From: an uncultured Chloroflexia bacterium
GTDB taxonomy: Bacteria; Chloroflexota; Limnocylindria; Limnocylindrales; CSP1-4
Assembly (NCBI GenBank): GCA_963699965.1
Contig: CAVOVX010000007.1
Coordinates: 544,549 to 608,548 of the forward strand
Reading direction: 5' to 3'
Length of the DNA: 64,000 nucleotides
Positions 32,162 to 43,867 of the stretch are shown piece after piece; position 1 is the stretch's first letter; every line of letters starts with the position of its first letter. The notes below the pieces were generated by a model. It made no database searches, was not told the origin of the DNA, and was given only the letters and a program-made list of their open reading frames with translations. The translations under genes were made by a program, and so were the position numbers.

Positions 32162-33781
32162 TTGCGACATCCGAATCGGGGCCCGACCATGACCAGCGCA
32201 GCGGGCACCCAGGTCCCGGCGGCAAACGCCGATCGGCGGTTGCCGATCCTGCTGGCGATGGCGATGTTCGTCCTCGTCGTCGACACGTCAGTCATGAACG
32301 TGTCGATCTCGGCGGTGGTCAGCGACCTCGGCACTGACGTGAGCGCCGTGCAGTCCGCGATCGCCCTCGAGGCCCTCGTGTCCGCCGCGTTCATCCTGAT
32401 CGGCAGCAAGATCGGCGACCTCTACGGGCGCAAGCTGGCCTACGTGCTGGGCCTGCTCGCGTACGCAGTTGGCGCCACGGCGATGGCACTGGCCCAGAGC
32501 ATCACGGCGGTCTTCATCTTCTGGGCGATCATCGGTGGGCTCGGTGCGTCCCTGCTGCTGCCCGCGATGCAGTCACTCATCCACGGAAACTTCGAGGGAG
32601 CGGCCCAGAAGGCGACCTACGCGCTGGTCGGCGCAGCGGCCGCGATCGCGGCCGCCGTTGGACCGCTGCTCGGAGGCTTCATCACCACGTTCCTGTCGTA
32701 CCGCGTCGCGTTCGCGCTTGAGGTCGTGGTCATCGCGATCGTGCTGTCGGGCATCCGGCTCGTCCGAGACGTGCCCTACACCGGCCCGCGTCAGATCGAC
32801 CTGGTCGGCGCGCTCCTGTCGATCCTCGGCATGGGTGGCCTCGTATTGGGCATCCTGGTCTGGCAGGAGGGCGGCGAGGCAGTCGGTGCCTTGCTGGCGG
32901 TCGGCGCCGTCTCGTTGGCGCTCTTCGCCTACTGGCTGGTCCGACGCAAGCGGCAGGGCAAGCCGACGCTGATCGACCCTGATCTCTTCAAGTCCACCCT
33001 GTTCAGGTTCGGGATCTCCGGGCAGCTGCTCCAGCAGATCGCGCTCGGTGGCGCGATGATCATCTTGCCGATCTACCTCCAGATGGTCCTCGAATACAAC
33101 GCCCTGCAGGCCGGCCTGTCGCTCGCGCCGCTGTCGCTGAGCATGTTCGCAGCCGCTCTCGTCGCCGGCCGGCGATCTGGCAACCGGCGGCCGAGCAGCA
33201 TCATCCGGGCCGGATTCAGCCTCCTGCTGGTGGGCATGCTGGTCCTGATCCCGATCGTGCCGCGGGTGGATGCAGGCTGGTACCTGGCCCCCGCGCTGGT
33301 GATCGCAGGGATCGGGCTCGGACTGCTGGTGTCCCAGCTCAACAACTACACCCTTGCCCCGATCGACGAGGAGCGGGTCAGTGAAGCCGCTGGCGTTAAC
33401 TCGGCGGCCGGCTCGTTCGGACTGTCGTTCGGCCTGGCGTTCGCCGGTGCGATCATGCTGGCCACGCTCGCCTTCAGCTTCACCAACCTGGCCGAGTCGA
33501 GCGCGGTGCTCGATCCGGTGCAGCAACAGGCCGTCGCCGATGCGCTCGAGCACGACGCAGAGGTGATGACCAACACGGATCTCGAACTGCTTCTGGTCGA
33601 CCAGCCGCCCGCGGTCCAGGCCGAGATCATCCGGATCAACACCGAAGCCCGGCCGTTCGCGCTCCAGGTGGCACTGCTCATCCCGATCATCGCGAGCCTG
33701 CTCGGGCTGCTGAACTCGTTCCGGATGATGCGCGAGCCGGATCCCGTCTCCTCCGGCAAGGAAGGGCTTGTTCTCGCCTGA
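32162..33781 (+). CDS. MFS transporter, DHA2 (14-TMS drug:H+ antiporter) family
   Basis: Intact 539 aa. 'LDTSVMNVSI…GSKIGDLYGRK' motif. 14 hydrophobic segments. Confidence 0.8.
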   Translation: MRHPNRGPTMTSAAGTQVPAANADRRLPILLAMAMFVLVVDTSVMNVSISAVVSDLGTDVSAVQSAIALEALVSAAFILIGSKIGDLYGRKLAYVLGLLAYAVGATAMALAQSITAVFIFWAIIGGLGASLLLPAMQSLIHGNFEGAAQKATYALVGAAAAIAAAVGPLLGGFITTFLSYRVAFALEVVVIAIVLSGIRLVRDVPYTGPRQIDLVGALLSILGMGGLVLGILVWQEGGEAVGALLAVGAVSLALFAYWLVRRKRQGKPTLIDPDLFKSTLFRFGISGQLLQQIALGGAMIILPIYLQMVLEYNALQAGLSLAPLSLSMFAAALVAGRRSGNRRPSSIIRAGFSLLLVGMLVLIPIVPRVDAGWYLAPALVIAGIGLGLLVSQLNNYTLAPIDEERVSEAAGVNSAAGSFGLSFGLAFAGAIMLATLAFSFTNLAESSAVLDPVQQQAVADALEHDAEVMTNTDLELLLVDQPPAVQAEIIRINTEARPFALQVALLIPIIASLLGLLNSFRMMREPDPVSSGKEGLVLA

Positions 33782-33871
33782 GGTCGTTCGGTACACGCGC
33801 AAGATGCCCGGCCACGGGGCGGCCGAGGAGCCGGGCGGACGCGCGGAGGCGCTGGCCGGCGCGGCCTGAGG

Positions 33872-34223
33872 CTAGTGAGGCGCCGTCGGTCGATCGAGGG
33901 TCTCGAGGGCGGCGTCGATGTCCCAGCCGAGCGCGAGCGCAAGTCTCGGCGCGGCAGCAACCACCCGCGCCGAGCCGAGCTCCGGGCGCGATCGACAGGA
34001 GCGCACCGATGACGTCCGACGGTGTGGCGCCGCTTTCGAGCGCCTCGGAGACGCCCCACGACAGCGACGCTTGCGGAGCGTCCACCGAGAGGAGCCCCGC
34101 GACCCGGATGAGCGCGCAGGTCTTTGGCTCGAGCGCGATGCGCTCGTCACCGCTCAGGATGCCCTCGAGACAGCCTGGGTCGTGAATCGCGATGCGCCGG
34201 AGCATCTCCTCGTCGGCTGCCAT
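33872..34223 (-). CDS. carboxymuconolactone decarboxylase (CMD/AhpD-like) family protein, frameshift near 34000
   Basis: '…LEPKTCALIRVAGLLSVDAPQASLSWGVSEALESGATPSDVIGALLSIAP' then the C-terminus in a second frame. Confidence 0.5.
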
Positions 34224-34454
34224 CGGTCTCTCCGAAACCTGCCCCGAGGCGTCGCCCCACGCCCTGGATGGCTCAGCGCGCGTCGCGCGGCCGGGCGCTA
34301 TCCATGAAACGCCTTCGACGCGGGTCTGGCATCACCCCAACCGGATGATCTTGGCGCAGCCTGAAGCCGCGTCGGAATCATCCGGCGTGGATGACGACGT
34401 GCCCGCCCGGCTGGCCTACCATTGGGCTCCCCTCGGGCTTTCGAAGGAGGGCAC

Positions 34455-36635
34455 ATGCGCCGGTTCCTGGTCGAGGCGGTGGTCGACGCGATCATCGCGC
34501 TCGGGGTGATCCTGCTGTTGAGCTTGCTCAGCGTCGGCCAGCCGTTCCCGTTCGGGGCGACGTCGACGCCGATCCTCGCGCTGCGCGGGGCAGGCCTCGT
34601 CGGCTTCATCACCTGGGCGGCCGTCCTGGTCCTCGTCAACCGGTTCGCCCGACCGATCATCGTCGCGCTGACGGGACGGGTGCTCCTGCGGACGATGGGT
34701 GCGTTCGTCGTGATCATCAACGCCATCGCACTGTGGATCACGAGCCTCATCGCCCCGATCAAGATCGCTACCGTCGCCGATCCGTTCGTGCTCTGGCTCC
34801 TCATCGCGGCCACGCTGTATACGGTCATCTCGACCGTCCTCGACGCCGTGCTCGGACTCAACCGGCCGTCGTTCGCCCCGGAGGGCCAGCGCTCGGTCTG
34901 GCGGATCCTCGAGTCGCTCCCGACGCCCAGGCGCAACGTGTTCATCGAGAACTTGCGGCTCCAGCAGGTCTACGACCTGATCTACGCCACCGCGCTCGAC
35001 CTCACCCTCGACCGCACCCCGGTCGGCGGCATGCGGCGCTGGTTCGAGCGACGGGTCCTCGGCGAGGAGGACACGTTCGCCGGCGAAACCGGGCCGGAGC
35101 GGATCCGGCTCATGCTCCAGCAGCTCGGCCCGACCTACGTGAAGATCGGTCAGATGGCCGCCAGCCGGGCGGACCTCCTGCCCGCCGCCTGGGTCACCGA
35201 GCTGTCCAAGCTCCAGAGCGAGGCGGCTCCGTTCTCCTGGGAGGACGCCACCCAGATGATCCAGGGCGAGCTCGGCAAGCCACCCGAGGAGCTGTACGCC
35301 TCGATCGACCACGAGCCATTTGCGGCCGCCTCGACCGCCCAGGTCCACCGGGCGACGCTCCACGACGGGACGCTCGTCGCGGTCAAGGTCCAGCGGCCAC
35401 GGATCGTCGCCAAGACGAAGGCCGATCTCGGCGTCATCCAGGAGCTCGCGTCGGTCGCGGAACGCCGGATCGGAATGGCTCGCAAGGTCGGTGCCCGGGG
35501 GATGGTCAACGAGTTCGCCGCCGGCGTGCTCAAGGAGCTCGACTATCGCAACGAGGCCTATCACGCCCTTCGGCTGGCCGACGGGATGCAGCGGTTCCCC
35601 CAGATCCACGTCCCACGGGTCTATCCGGAGCTTTCGGGCGAACGAGTCCTGACCATGGAGTTCGTCAAGGGGATCAAGATCTCGAAGGTCGACGAGCTCC
35701 AGGCGGCCGGGCTCGACACCTCGGCCCTCGGGTCGGTCTTCATCCGGGCGATCATCAAGCAGGTCCTGATCGATGGCTTCTTCCACGGCGACCCCCATCC
35801 CGGGAATGTCCTGGCCGACCCCGAGGCCAACACCATCGTGTTCCTCGACCTCGGGCTCGTCGGCCAGCTGGATCGCCAGCAGCGGCTCGACCTGCTCGGG
35901 CTGATCTTTGCGATCAAGGGCGTCGACATCCCGGGCATCGCCGACGGCTTGCTCGCCCTCGGCAAGCCGATGCCCGGCTTCGACGAAGCCGGTTTCCGGA
36001 ACGATATCGACCGGCTCGCCCGGCAGTACCTGATCTACGGCAAGGCGGATTCGCTGGGAGCGGCACTCAGCGCCTTCCTGTCGGCCGTGTTCGACAACGG
36101 GCTGCGCCTCGACACCGAGCTGACTCTCGCAATGAAGGCGGTCATCCAGGCCGAGGAGACCGCCCGCGCCCTGTCGTTCGACCTCGACCTCGGCGAGGCG
36201 GCCGCCAGCGAGGCACGGGCCGCCCTGCTCGAGTCGATCACCTCCGAGCGGCTCCAGAAGGAGGTCACGGACTCGGCGATCCGAATCGGGAAGGAGCTCG
36301 CCCGCCGCTTCCCGTCGATGGAAGCGGCGGCGTTCAAGTGGCTCGACATGTTCAACCGGGGCAAGATCACGGTCGAGGTCGACACGTCCGAGCTCGGCCG
36401 GTCACTCGAGAAGTTCAGCGACGTCGGGCGCCAGGCAACGGTCGGGATCGTCGTCGTCGGCCAGCTCATCGGAACGGCGATCGTCATGGCCATCCTCCTC
36501 CAGCCGTCGCTGACGGAGTTCCAGTCGTTCGCCTACCTGGCGATGACCGCCTTCGCGGTTACCCTCGTCGTGAGCTTCGTCGTCCTGTTCCGGATGCTGT
36601 TCGGCGGCGGCGAGAGCGACGACGCGGGCGGCTGA
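34455..36635 (+). CDS. ABC1/UbiB-family atypical protein kinase with N-terminal 4-TM domain and C-terminal TM helices
   Basis: 'LQQLGPTYVKIGQMAASRADLLP…AAASTAQVHRATLHDGTLVAVKVQRP' is the ABC1 kinase signature. The N-terminal 150 aa form a holin-4-like four-helix membrane module. Intact. Confidence 0.75.
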   Translation: MRRFLVEAVVDAIIALGVILLLSLLSVGQPFPFGATSTPILALRGAGLVGFITWAAVLVLVNRFARPIIVALTGRVLLRTMGAFVVIINAIALWITSLIAPIKIATVADPFVLWLLIAATLYTVISTVLDAVLGLNRPSFAPEGQRSVWRILESLPTPRRNVFIENLRLQQVYDLIYATALDLTLDRTPVGGMRRWFERRVLGEEDTFAGETGPERIRLMLQQLGPTYVKIGQMAASRADLLPAAWVTELSKLQSEAAPFSWEDATQMIQGELGKPPEELYASIDHEPFAAASTAQVHRATLHDGTLVAVKVQRPRIVAKTKADLGVIQELASVAERRIGMARKVGARGMVNEFAAGVLKELDYRNEAYHALRLADGMQRFPQIHVPRVYPELSGERVLTMEFVKGIKISKVDELQAAGLDTSALGSVFIRAIIKQVLIDGFFHGDPHPGNVLADPEANTIVFLDLGLVGQLDRQQRLDLLGLIFAIKGVDIPGIADGLLALGKPMPGFDEAGFRNDIDRLARQYLIYGKADSLGAALSAFLSAVFDNGLRLDTELTLAMKAVIQAEETARALSFDLDLGEAAASEARAALLESITSERLQKEVTDSAIRIGKELARRFPSMEAAAFKWLDMFNRGKITVEVDTSELGRSLEKFSDVGRQATVGIVVVGQLIGTAIVMAILLQPSLTEFQSFAYLAMTAFAVTLVVSFVVLFRMLFGGGESDDAGG

Positions 36636-36649
36636 CCGACCGACGCGGA

Positions 36650-38262
36650 TCAGCCGGTCTGCCCGGTGTCCTCGGCGTGATAGGCCGCGAGCAGGCGCTC
36701 TTCGTCGTCCTTCTTCGGGAACAGGAAGAAGACGATCACGAATCCGATCAGGATCGCGACGATCCCGGCCGTGTAGGCCCAGTCGGCACCGTCGAGGAAC
36801 GACGTCTTCGCCCCGGCCATGATCTGGGTCGCGTACTGCGGATACTGCGCCGCGACCTGGCTCGCGCCCGCGAACGACATCTCGAGCTGGGCGGTCGTGC
36901 TGCTCGTGATCTGAGCGGCGTTCGGGGCGGTGGCGATGGCAGCGGCGACCGCGGCGGCATACCCGGCGGTGAGCAGGGCCCCGAAGATCGACTGCATGAT
37001 CGCGCCGCCGAGATCGCGCTGGAGGTCAGCCGTCCCTGAGGCCATGCCGGCTCGTTCGACGGGGACAGATCCGGTCAGCGAGTGTGAGGCGGGCGTGCCG
37101 GCGAACCCGACCCCGATCCCGATAAGCCCGTACGCGAGTCCGACCTGCCAGTAGGGGCTGCCCTCGTTCCACAGGACGAGCATCGTCACGAACCCGAGCA
37201 GGCAGAAGACATAGCCGAGGAGCAGGGTGAACCGCGCTCCGCGGGCGTTGACCAGCCCGGCCGACCTCGGCGCCACGAGGATCATCAGGACGTGCTGCCG
37301 GAAGGATCGGCGGCGCCGGCGTCGACCGGGGAGTACCCGAGGACGTTCTGGAGGAACTGCTGGCCAACGAACATCGCGCCCATCAGAGATCCGAAGACGA
37401 TGATCCCGGCCACGGCGGCGACCCAAAAGATCCGCCGTCCCGCGACGTGCAGGTCGTAGAGCGGGTTCCTGGCTCGCTTCTGGCGGATCACGAAGGCGAC
37501 CCCGGCGGCGACGGCGATCGCCGCGAGGCCGAGGACCAGGGCGCCCTCGTTCGGGACCGGCGCGAAGTTGATCGCCAGGATGAGCGCGCCGATCAGGAGG
37601 ACCGACAGCACGCCACCGAGGTTGTCGACCGGGTCGCTCGTCTCGTTCACGTGGGCGGGCACGAACAGCGTTGCCAGGATCAGGGCTACGACCGCCAGTG
37701 GCAGCGTCACCAGGAAGACCGAGCCCCACGAGAACTGGCCAAGGAGCCAGCCGGACACCAGGGGACCGAGCGACGCGATTGCTCCGCCGAGCGCCGACCA
37801 CAGGGCGATCGACCGGGTTCGGGCCGGCCCCGACCAGAGCGCGGTGATCAAGGCCAGGGTCGTGGGATAGGCCATGCCGGCTGACACGCCCCCGACGATC
37901 CGGGCGATGACCAGGATGTCGTCGGTCGGCGCGAAGGCGGCCAGGAGGCTGGCCGGGATTGACAGCGCCATGCCCAGGATCAGCATCGACTTCCGACCGT
38001 AGCGGTCGCCCAGGGCGCCGAGGTACAGGACGGAGGCAGCGAGGCCGAGCGAGTAGCCGACAGCGATCAGGTCGAGGGTCGTCTGCGACGAGTCGAACGC
38101 CGCGCCGATCGACGGCAGGGCGACGTTCGCCACCGCCAGGTTCAGGTTGGCGACCGCGGCGACGATGATCAGCGAGAGGAGGACGAGCCCCGACCGCTCC
38201 GGGGCCGTCGACGCGGCGACCGGCGGCGCACCGGTCGTGCCTGGGACCGACGTGGCTGCCAC
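36650..38262 (-). CDS. MFS transporter (DHA2-like), one frameshift in the 37300-37800 overlap
   Basis: GTG start with a GGAGGAA RBS. 'GDRYGRKSMLILG'. 14 TM helices split between ORFs 37285-38379 and 36650-37801. Confidence 0.7.
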
Positions 38263-38409
38263 GGGTTCCTCCAGCTCATGCCCCCGAGCCGTCGTCACGC
38301 AACCTAGCAGAAGCCGGGCGGCACGACCGACCAGTGCGTGCGGAACCCCCGCGTGGCCCTTGCCCCCGCCGGATACCATGCCTAGGTCCCGCCCGCCGAG
38401 GAGCCCCGG

Positions 38410-39500
38410 TTGTCCCAGTCCGGCCCACAGGCATCCTCACATTCGCCGCTCACGCCGAGCTGGCTCGATCACCTCGCCGCCCTTGGCTGGCGGGTCCTCG
38501 TCACGGTCGCCCTCGGCGTCGTTGTCCTGTGGCTGGCGACCGTCCTCGGCACCGTGACGATCTCGGTCCTCGTCGCCGGGATCATCGCGGCGACCTTCGC
38601 CCCGATCGCCGGCTGGCTCAGGGGCCGGGGCTGGTCGCGGACGAAGACCGCCGCCGCCGTCACCCTGGGCGCGATCCTGTCGATCACGGCGGTGATCGTC
38701 CTCATCGCGGTCGCCTTCATCCCCTTCATCCCCGAAGTCATCGCGGCGATCCAGGCCGCCGTTGTCAAGGTCCAGGCCGACTTGGCGGCATCGGGCGCAT
38801 CGAGCACGGCGATCGCCGACGCCGAGCAACAGCTCCAGACGTGGTTGACGACGCACATCAGCTCGATCGTCGCGACGATCGGGAGCGTGGTCACGGTGGC
38901 GATCCTCGGCGGGATCCTCCTGTTCTTCCTGCTCCAGGACGGCGACAAGGCGTGGGTCTGGACGATCCAGGCCGCCAGCGACTGGCGGCGCGAGCGGATC
39001 ACGAGCAGTGGCGACGACGCCCTGCAGCGGGTCGGCGGCTACCTCCGCGGGACGGCGGTCGCTCGCCGCCCTGCACGCCGCCAGCGACCTCGTCTTCATG
39101 TTCCTCCTCGGTGTCCCGCTGGCCGCGCCGCTCGCGGTGCTCGTGTTCTTCGGTGGGTTCATCCCCTACGTCGGTGGTTTCGTGACGACGATCATCGTGC
39201 TGCTGGTCGCGTACTCCGCGGTGGGACCCCAGGCCGCGATCGTCCTGTTCATCCTCATCGCGATCACGAACGTGATCCTCAACAACCTGGTCCGGCCGGT
39301 CGTGTACGGCACGACCGTCCACATCCACCCGGCGGTCGTGCTCATCGCGCTGCCGGCCGGTGCGACGGTCGCCGGGATCGTCGGGCTGTTCGTGGCCGTC
39401 CCGGTCGTGGCCTTCATCACGGCCGTGGCAGGGGCGCTCATCGCGGTCATCGAGCCGGAGCAGACCGACCCGGGACTCGAACGGGCCTCGTCCGGGCTGG
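38410..39500 (+). CDS. AI-2E family (PerM/YdiK-like) transporter, copy 1 (frameshift near 39060; 3' boundary uncertain)
   Basis: 'GGYLRGTAV…LLGVPLAAPLAVLVFFGGFIPYVGGFV…NLVRPVVYGTTVHIHPAVVLIALPAGATVAGIVGLFVAVPVVA' is the AI-2E core. Confidence 0.65.
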
Positions 39501-40579
39501 CTCGACCGGGTGGCGCAGTGGAGCTGGCGGCTGCTCGTCGGCGCCGCGCTCATGGGGTTCGTGATCGCCGTCGTCATCCAGGTGCCGCTCGTCGTCGTGC
39601 CGGTCGTCCTCGCCATCGTGCTGGCGGCCACGTTCCTGCCACTCGTCGACTTGCTCCTCCAACGTGGCTGGGGCAGGAACCGGGCTGCGCTCGCGATCAC
39701 CGGCGGTGCGTTCCTGATCATCACCGCCGTCCTTGTCGCCACCATCTTCGTGCTCGTCGTCCAGCTCCAGCCGATCGTCGCCCAGGCATCGGCCGGGGCC
39801 TCGAAGGTCGCCAGCAGCGCCCCGGCGGCCCTGGGCGGAGTCCAGTCGGCGACGACCGAGGCGAGCGGCACGCTGATCAAGGCCGGAGCTACGATCGTCG
39901 GCCGGCAGCGCCTCGCTCGTGATCATCGTCGTGCTGGCGACGCTGCTGACGTTCTACTTCCTGCGCGACGGCAGCCGGGCCTGGGCGGCCCTGATGACCC
40001 GGTTGGCGCCATGGCGGCGGACCGACGTCGACGCGGCCGGGACACGGGCGGCCGGGGTCCTCGGCGGCTACATGATCGGGACCGGCGCGATCTCGATCTT
40101 CGGGGCGGCGACCCAGTTCCTGATCATGGTCGTCCTCGGGCTGCCGCTGGCGCTCCCGTTGGCCGTGCTGTCGTTCTTCGGCGGGTTCATCCCGTACATC
40201 GGGAGCTTCATCACGACCGGGATCGCGTTCCTCGTGACCGTCGCCGTCGGGAGTCCGACAGGACATCGCGATCATGGCGATCTTCACGATCGTGTTCAAC
40301 ATCGTCCAGGGCAACGTCGTCGCCCCGATCGTCTACGGCAAGGCCGTCAACCTCCACCCGGCGATCGTCCTGATGGCGATCCCGGCCGGGGCGGCGCTGG
40401 CCGGGATCATCGGGATGTTCCTCGTCGTGCCGTTCGTCGGCGTCGTCGCGGCGACCTGGCGGACCGTCCTGCGCGTCTTCGGCGACGAGCCGCACGTGGC
40501 CGACGCGCTCGCACCCCCAACCGAGCTCGCCATCGCCATCGCGGACCTCGCCGCACCGGCGGTCGACCCCGCCACCTAG
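39470..40579 (+). CDS. AI-2E family transporter, copy 2 (tandem paralog; at least 3 frameshifts)
   Basis: N-terminus 'GWLDRVAQWSWRLLVGAALMG' parallels copy 1's 'SWLDHLAALGWRVLVTVALG'. '…LGGYMIGTGAISIFGAATQFLIMVVLGLPLALPLAVLSFFGGFIPYIGSF…' and C-terminus 'VAPIVYGKAVNLHPAIVLMAIPAGAALAGIIGMFLVVPFVGVVAA'. Confidence 0.6.
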
Positions 40580-40699
40580 CGGGCGGGACCGGGGTCGGTC
40601 GCGTTTTCACCCCTTGTGGATGATGCGCAGTTTCGCGGCCGGGCCGTTGAATTGGTGCGATGGGCACGGGGCCGGGAGGTCCGCGAAAAAGGGAACCAG

Positions 40700-42400
40700 A
40701 TGGCCGCTCCCGCCGCGAAGAAGACTCCGTCCTGGCTGCTCAACGGGCTCCTGCCGATCGATCCCGCCCGGGTGCCGACCGAGATCATCGCCGGGTGCAC
40801 CCTCGCCGCGCTCGCCATCCCCGAGGTCATGGGCTACACGAAGATCGCGGGCATGCCGGTCGTCACCGGCCTGTACACGATCCTCCTGCCGGTGCCGTGT
40901 TCGCCCTGTTCGGCTCGTCGCGCCACCTCGTCGTCGGGGCGGACTCGGCCTCGGCCGCGATCATGGCGACCGGTCTCCTCGCGATGGGCCTCGTGGCCGG
41001 ACTCCGCAGTACGTGGAGACGGCCTCGCTGTCGGCCCTGATGTGCGCGGTCCTGCTCGTCGCGCGCCCGGCTCCTCAAGCTCGGGTTCATCGCCAACTTC
41101 CTGTCACGGAGCGTCCTGATCGGGTTCCTGACCGGCGTCGGCATCCAGGTCGCGATGGGCCAGTTCGGCGGGTTGTTCGGGGTCAGCGAGGGCAGCGGGA
41201 CCACCCTCGAGAAGTTCGCCAACGCACTGCGGGCGATCCCGACCGAGACGAACGTGCCGACGCTGGTCGTGTCGGTCGCCGTCCTGGTCGATGATCGTCG
41301 GGCTCGAGCGGGTCAACAAGAAGATCCCGGGCGCGCTGCATGGCGGTGGTCGGCGCGATCGCGATCAGCTACTTCTTCGATCTGGCCGCCCGCGGCGTCA
41401 CGGACCTCGGGCCCGTGCAGGGCGGGCTGCCGGCGTTCGGCCTGCCGACCGGACGTGATCACGAACTGGACAACGTCGCGGCGCTGCTCCCGACCGTCGT
41501 CGCGATCGTTCATCGTGATCCTCGCCCAGAGCGCGGCGACGTCGCGCGCCTACGCGATGAAGTACGGCGACAGCTTCGACGAGAACGTCGACCTGGTCGG
41601 GCTCGGGCTGGCCAACGCCGCGGCCGGCTGTCCGGGCACGTTCGTCGTCAACGGCAGCCCGACGAAGACCTCGATGGTCGACAACGCCGGCGGGCGGAGC
41701 CAGATCGCCCAGCTGACGACCGGCGTCGGTGGTCCTCGTCGTCCTCCTGTTCCTGACCGGCCCGCTGTCCTACATGCCGAACGCGGTCCTGGCGCGGTCG
41801 TCTTCCTCATCGGCGTCCGGCTCATCGACGTCAAGGGCATGAGCGAGATCACCGCCTGCGCAAGGGCGAGTTCGCGGTCGCCGCTACTCACGGCTGCGAC
41901 GGTGGTCATCGTCGGCGTCGAGCAGGGCATCCTGCTGGCGATCTTCCTGTCGATCGTCGAGCACATCTACCACAGCTACCGCCCGTACGACACGCTCATC
42001 TCCATCGCCCCGGACCGGCGAGTCATCTTCACGCCGTACGACAGCGGACAGCAGGCCGCCCCCGGCCTCGCCGTCTACCGGTTCGGCGCCAGCCTCTACT
42101 ACGCCAACGCGACCCGGTTCACCGCCGAGATCACTCGAGATCCTCGACAAGGCCGATCCGCCGCTCCGCTGGTTCTGCCTGTCGGCCTCGGCCATCGGCG
42201 ACATCGACTACTCTGGTGCCGACGCGATCCGGGCAGTCGTCGAGGAAGCTCCACAAGCGCGGCGTCACGTTTGCCGTCACCCAGGCGAGCGATGCGGTTC
42301 GCCGCGAGCTCGACATGTACGGGTTGACCGAGCTGATCGGGGCCGACAACTTCTACGACTACGTCGAGGACGTGGTCGAGGTCCGTCGAGTCAGCGGGCC
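40700..42400 (+). pseudogene. SulP-family anion transporter with STAS domain, at least 6 frameshifts
   Basis: 'LPIDPARVPTEIIAGCTLAALAIPEVMGYTKIAGMPVVTGLYT', 'FALFGSSRHLVVGADSA', 'FVVNGSPTKTSMVDNAGGRSQIAQL', STAS 'RGVTFAVTQASDAVRRELDMYGLTELIG'. Fragments fall in all three frames. Confidence 0.65.
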
Positions 42401-42459
42401 CATCAGCGGGTCCGTCGGCCGGCTCGGCGTCTGCCGAGCCGCCGCCCGCCTGATCGCCG

Positions 42460-43818
42460 ATGTCGTCGCTGCCGACGCTGGAGGAGCGAGCGGGGCCGGG
42501 ATCGAGGCGCGGGCCCGACTTCCGGCCGGCGGCGCATGCCGACTGGAAGCCGGCCCCGACCGGCCGGACCCGATCGCGCTCCTCGAGGGCCAGGCCGCGA
42601 TCGCGCATCCCGGAGCTCGTGCCGGTCCGCTACGGCCGGATGGCGGTCTCGCCGTTCACGTTCTATCGCGGCGCGGCCCTGCCGATGGCGGCCGACCTCG
42701 TCGACGACGCCGTCGACCGGCATTCCAGGTCCAGCTCTGCGGCGACGCGCATCTCTCGAACTTCGGGCTGTTCGCGTCGCCCGAGCGCGACCTCGTGTTC
42801 GACATCAACGACTTCGACGAGACGCATCCGGGACCCTGGGAGTGGGACGTCAAGCGGCTCGCCGGGAGCCTCGTGCGTCGCCGCCCGGGCGCGAGGCTTC
42901 GACGCCCACGAGGCGCGCCACGCGTCCACGCGGCGGTGCGCTCCTATCGCGAGCGGATGGCCGAGTACGCGGCGATGCGGGCGATCGACGTCTACTACGC
43001 GAAGGTCGACGCCGCGGCAATCGACGGCTACGTCGACAAGCGCGCGCGACCCTACCTCGCGATCGACCGTCAAGTCGGCCGCCCATCACGACGCTCTCCA
43101 CGAGCTGCCGAAGCTGACCGAGGTCGACGCGACGGGCCGGCGCCGGATCGTCGACCATCCGCCGATCATCACCCACCCGCCCGACATGACGCTGCCGCTC
43201 GAGGATGCGGTCCTCGCGATGCCTACCGCGACACCCTCCAGGAGGACCGACGAGTCCTCCTCGATCGCTACCAGCTCATCGACGCGCGCGCTCAAGGTGG
43301 TCGGGGTCGGCAGCGTCGGTCTCGGTGCCTACGCCGCCCTCCTCGAGGGGGCCGGCGAGCGACGATCCGTTCTTCCTCCAGGCGAAGGAGGCCGAGGCGT
43401 CGGTCCTCGAGCGTTTCCTCGGTCCGAGCGCCTATGGGTCGCACGGCGAGCGAGTCGTCGCCGGCCAGCGCCGGCTCCAGGCGGCCAGCGACGTGATGCT
43501 CGGCTGGGCGGTCGGCGCCGCTCGGCCGCCACCTCTACATCCGCCAGCTCCAGGACCAGAAGGGCGGCGCCGTCATGGAGGCGATGACCTTCGACGACCT
43601 CGAGACGTGGGGCGAGCTCTGCGGCTGGGGCCTCGCCCGCGGCCACGCCCGGACCGGCGAGCCGGCGACGATCGCCGGGTACCTCGGAGACGACGACGCG
43701 GTCGACCACGCCTTCGGCCGACTTCGCCGTCGCCTACGCCGACCAGACCGAGCGGGATCACGCCGCGTTCGTCGCCGCGATCCGGGCCGGCCGGATCAAG
43801 GCCGAGTCCGGGATCTGA
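42460..43818 (+). pseudogene. DUF2252-family protein, at least 6 frameshifts
   Basis: 'IPELVPVRYGRMAVSPFTFYRGAALPMAADL', 'VQLCGDAHLSNFGLFASPERDLVFDINDFDETHPGPWEWDVKRLAGSLV', 'WGLARGHARTGEPATIAGYLG', C-terminus 'AFVAAIRAGRIKAESGI*', scattered across frames. Confidence 0.6.
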
Positions 43819-43867
43819 CGGCTCCCTCAGAATGTCGATCTCCGCCACGCTCATGAGGAGTCGCTCG

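Noticed and set aside
34391-37039. 882-aa plus-strand ORF overlapping the ABC1 kinase in another frame (also 34416-35798 on the minus strand)
   Set aside because: Extreme Arg/Pro/Gly content. The ABC1 kinase frame carries the conserved kinase signature.
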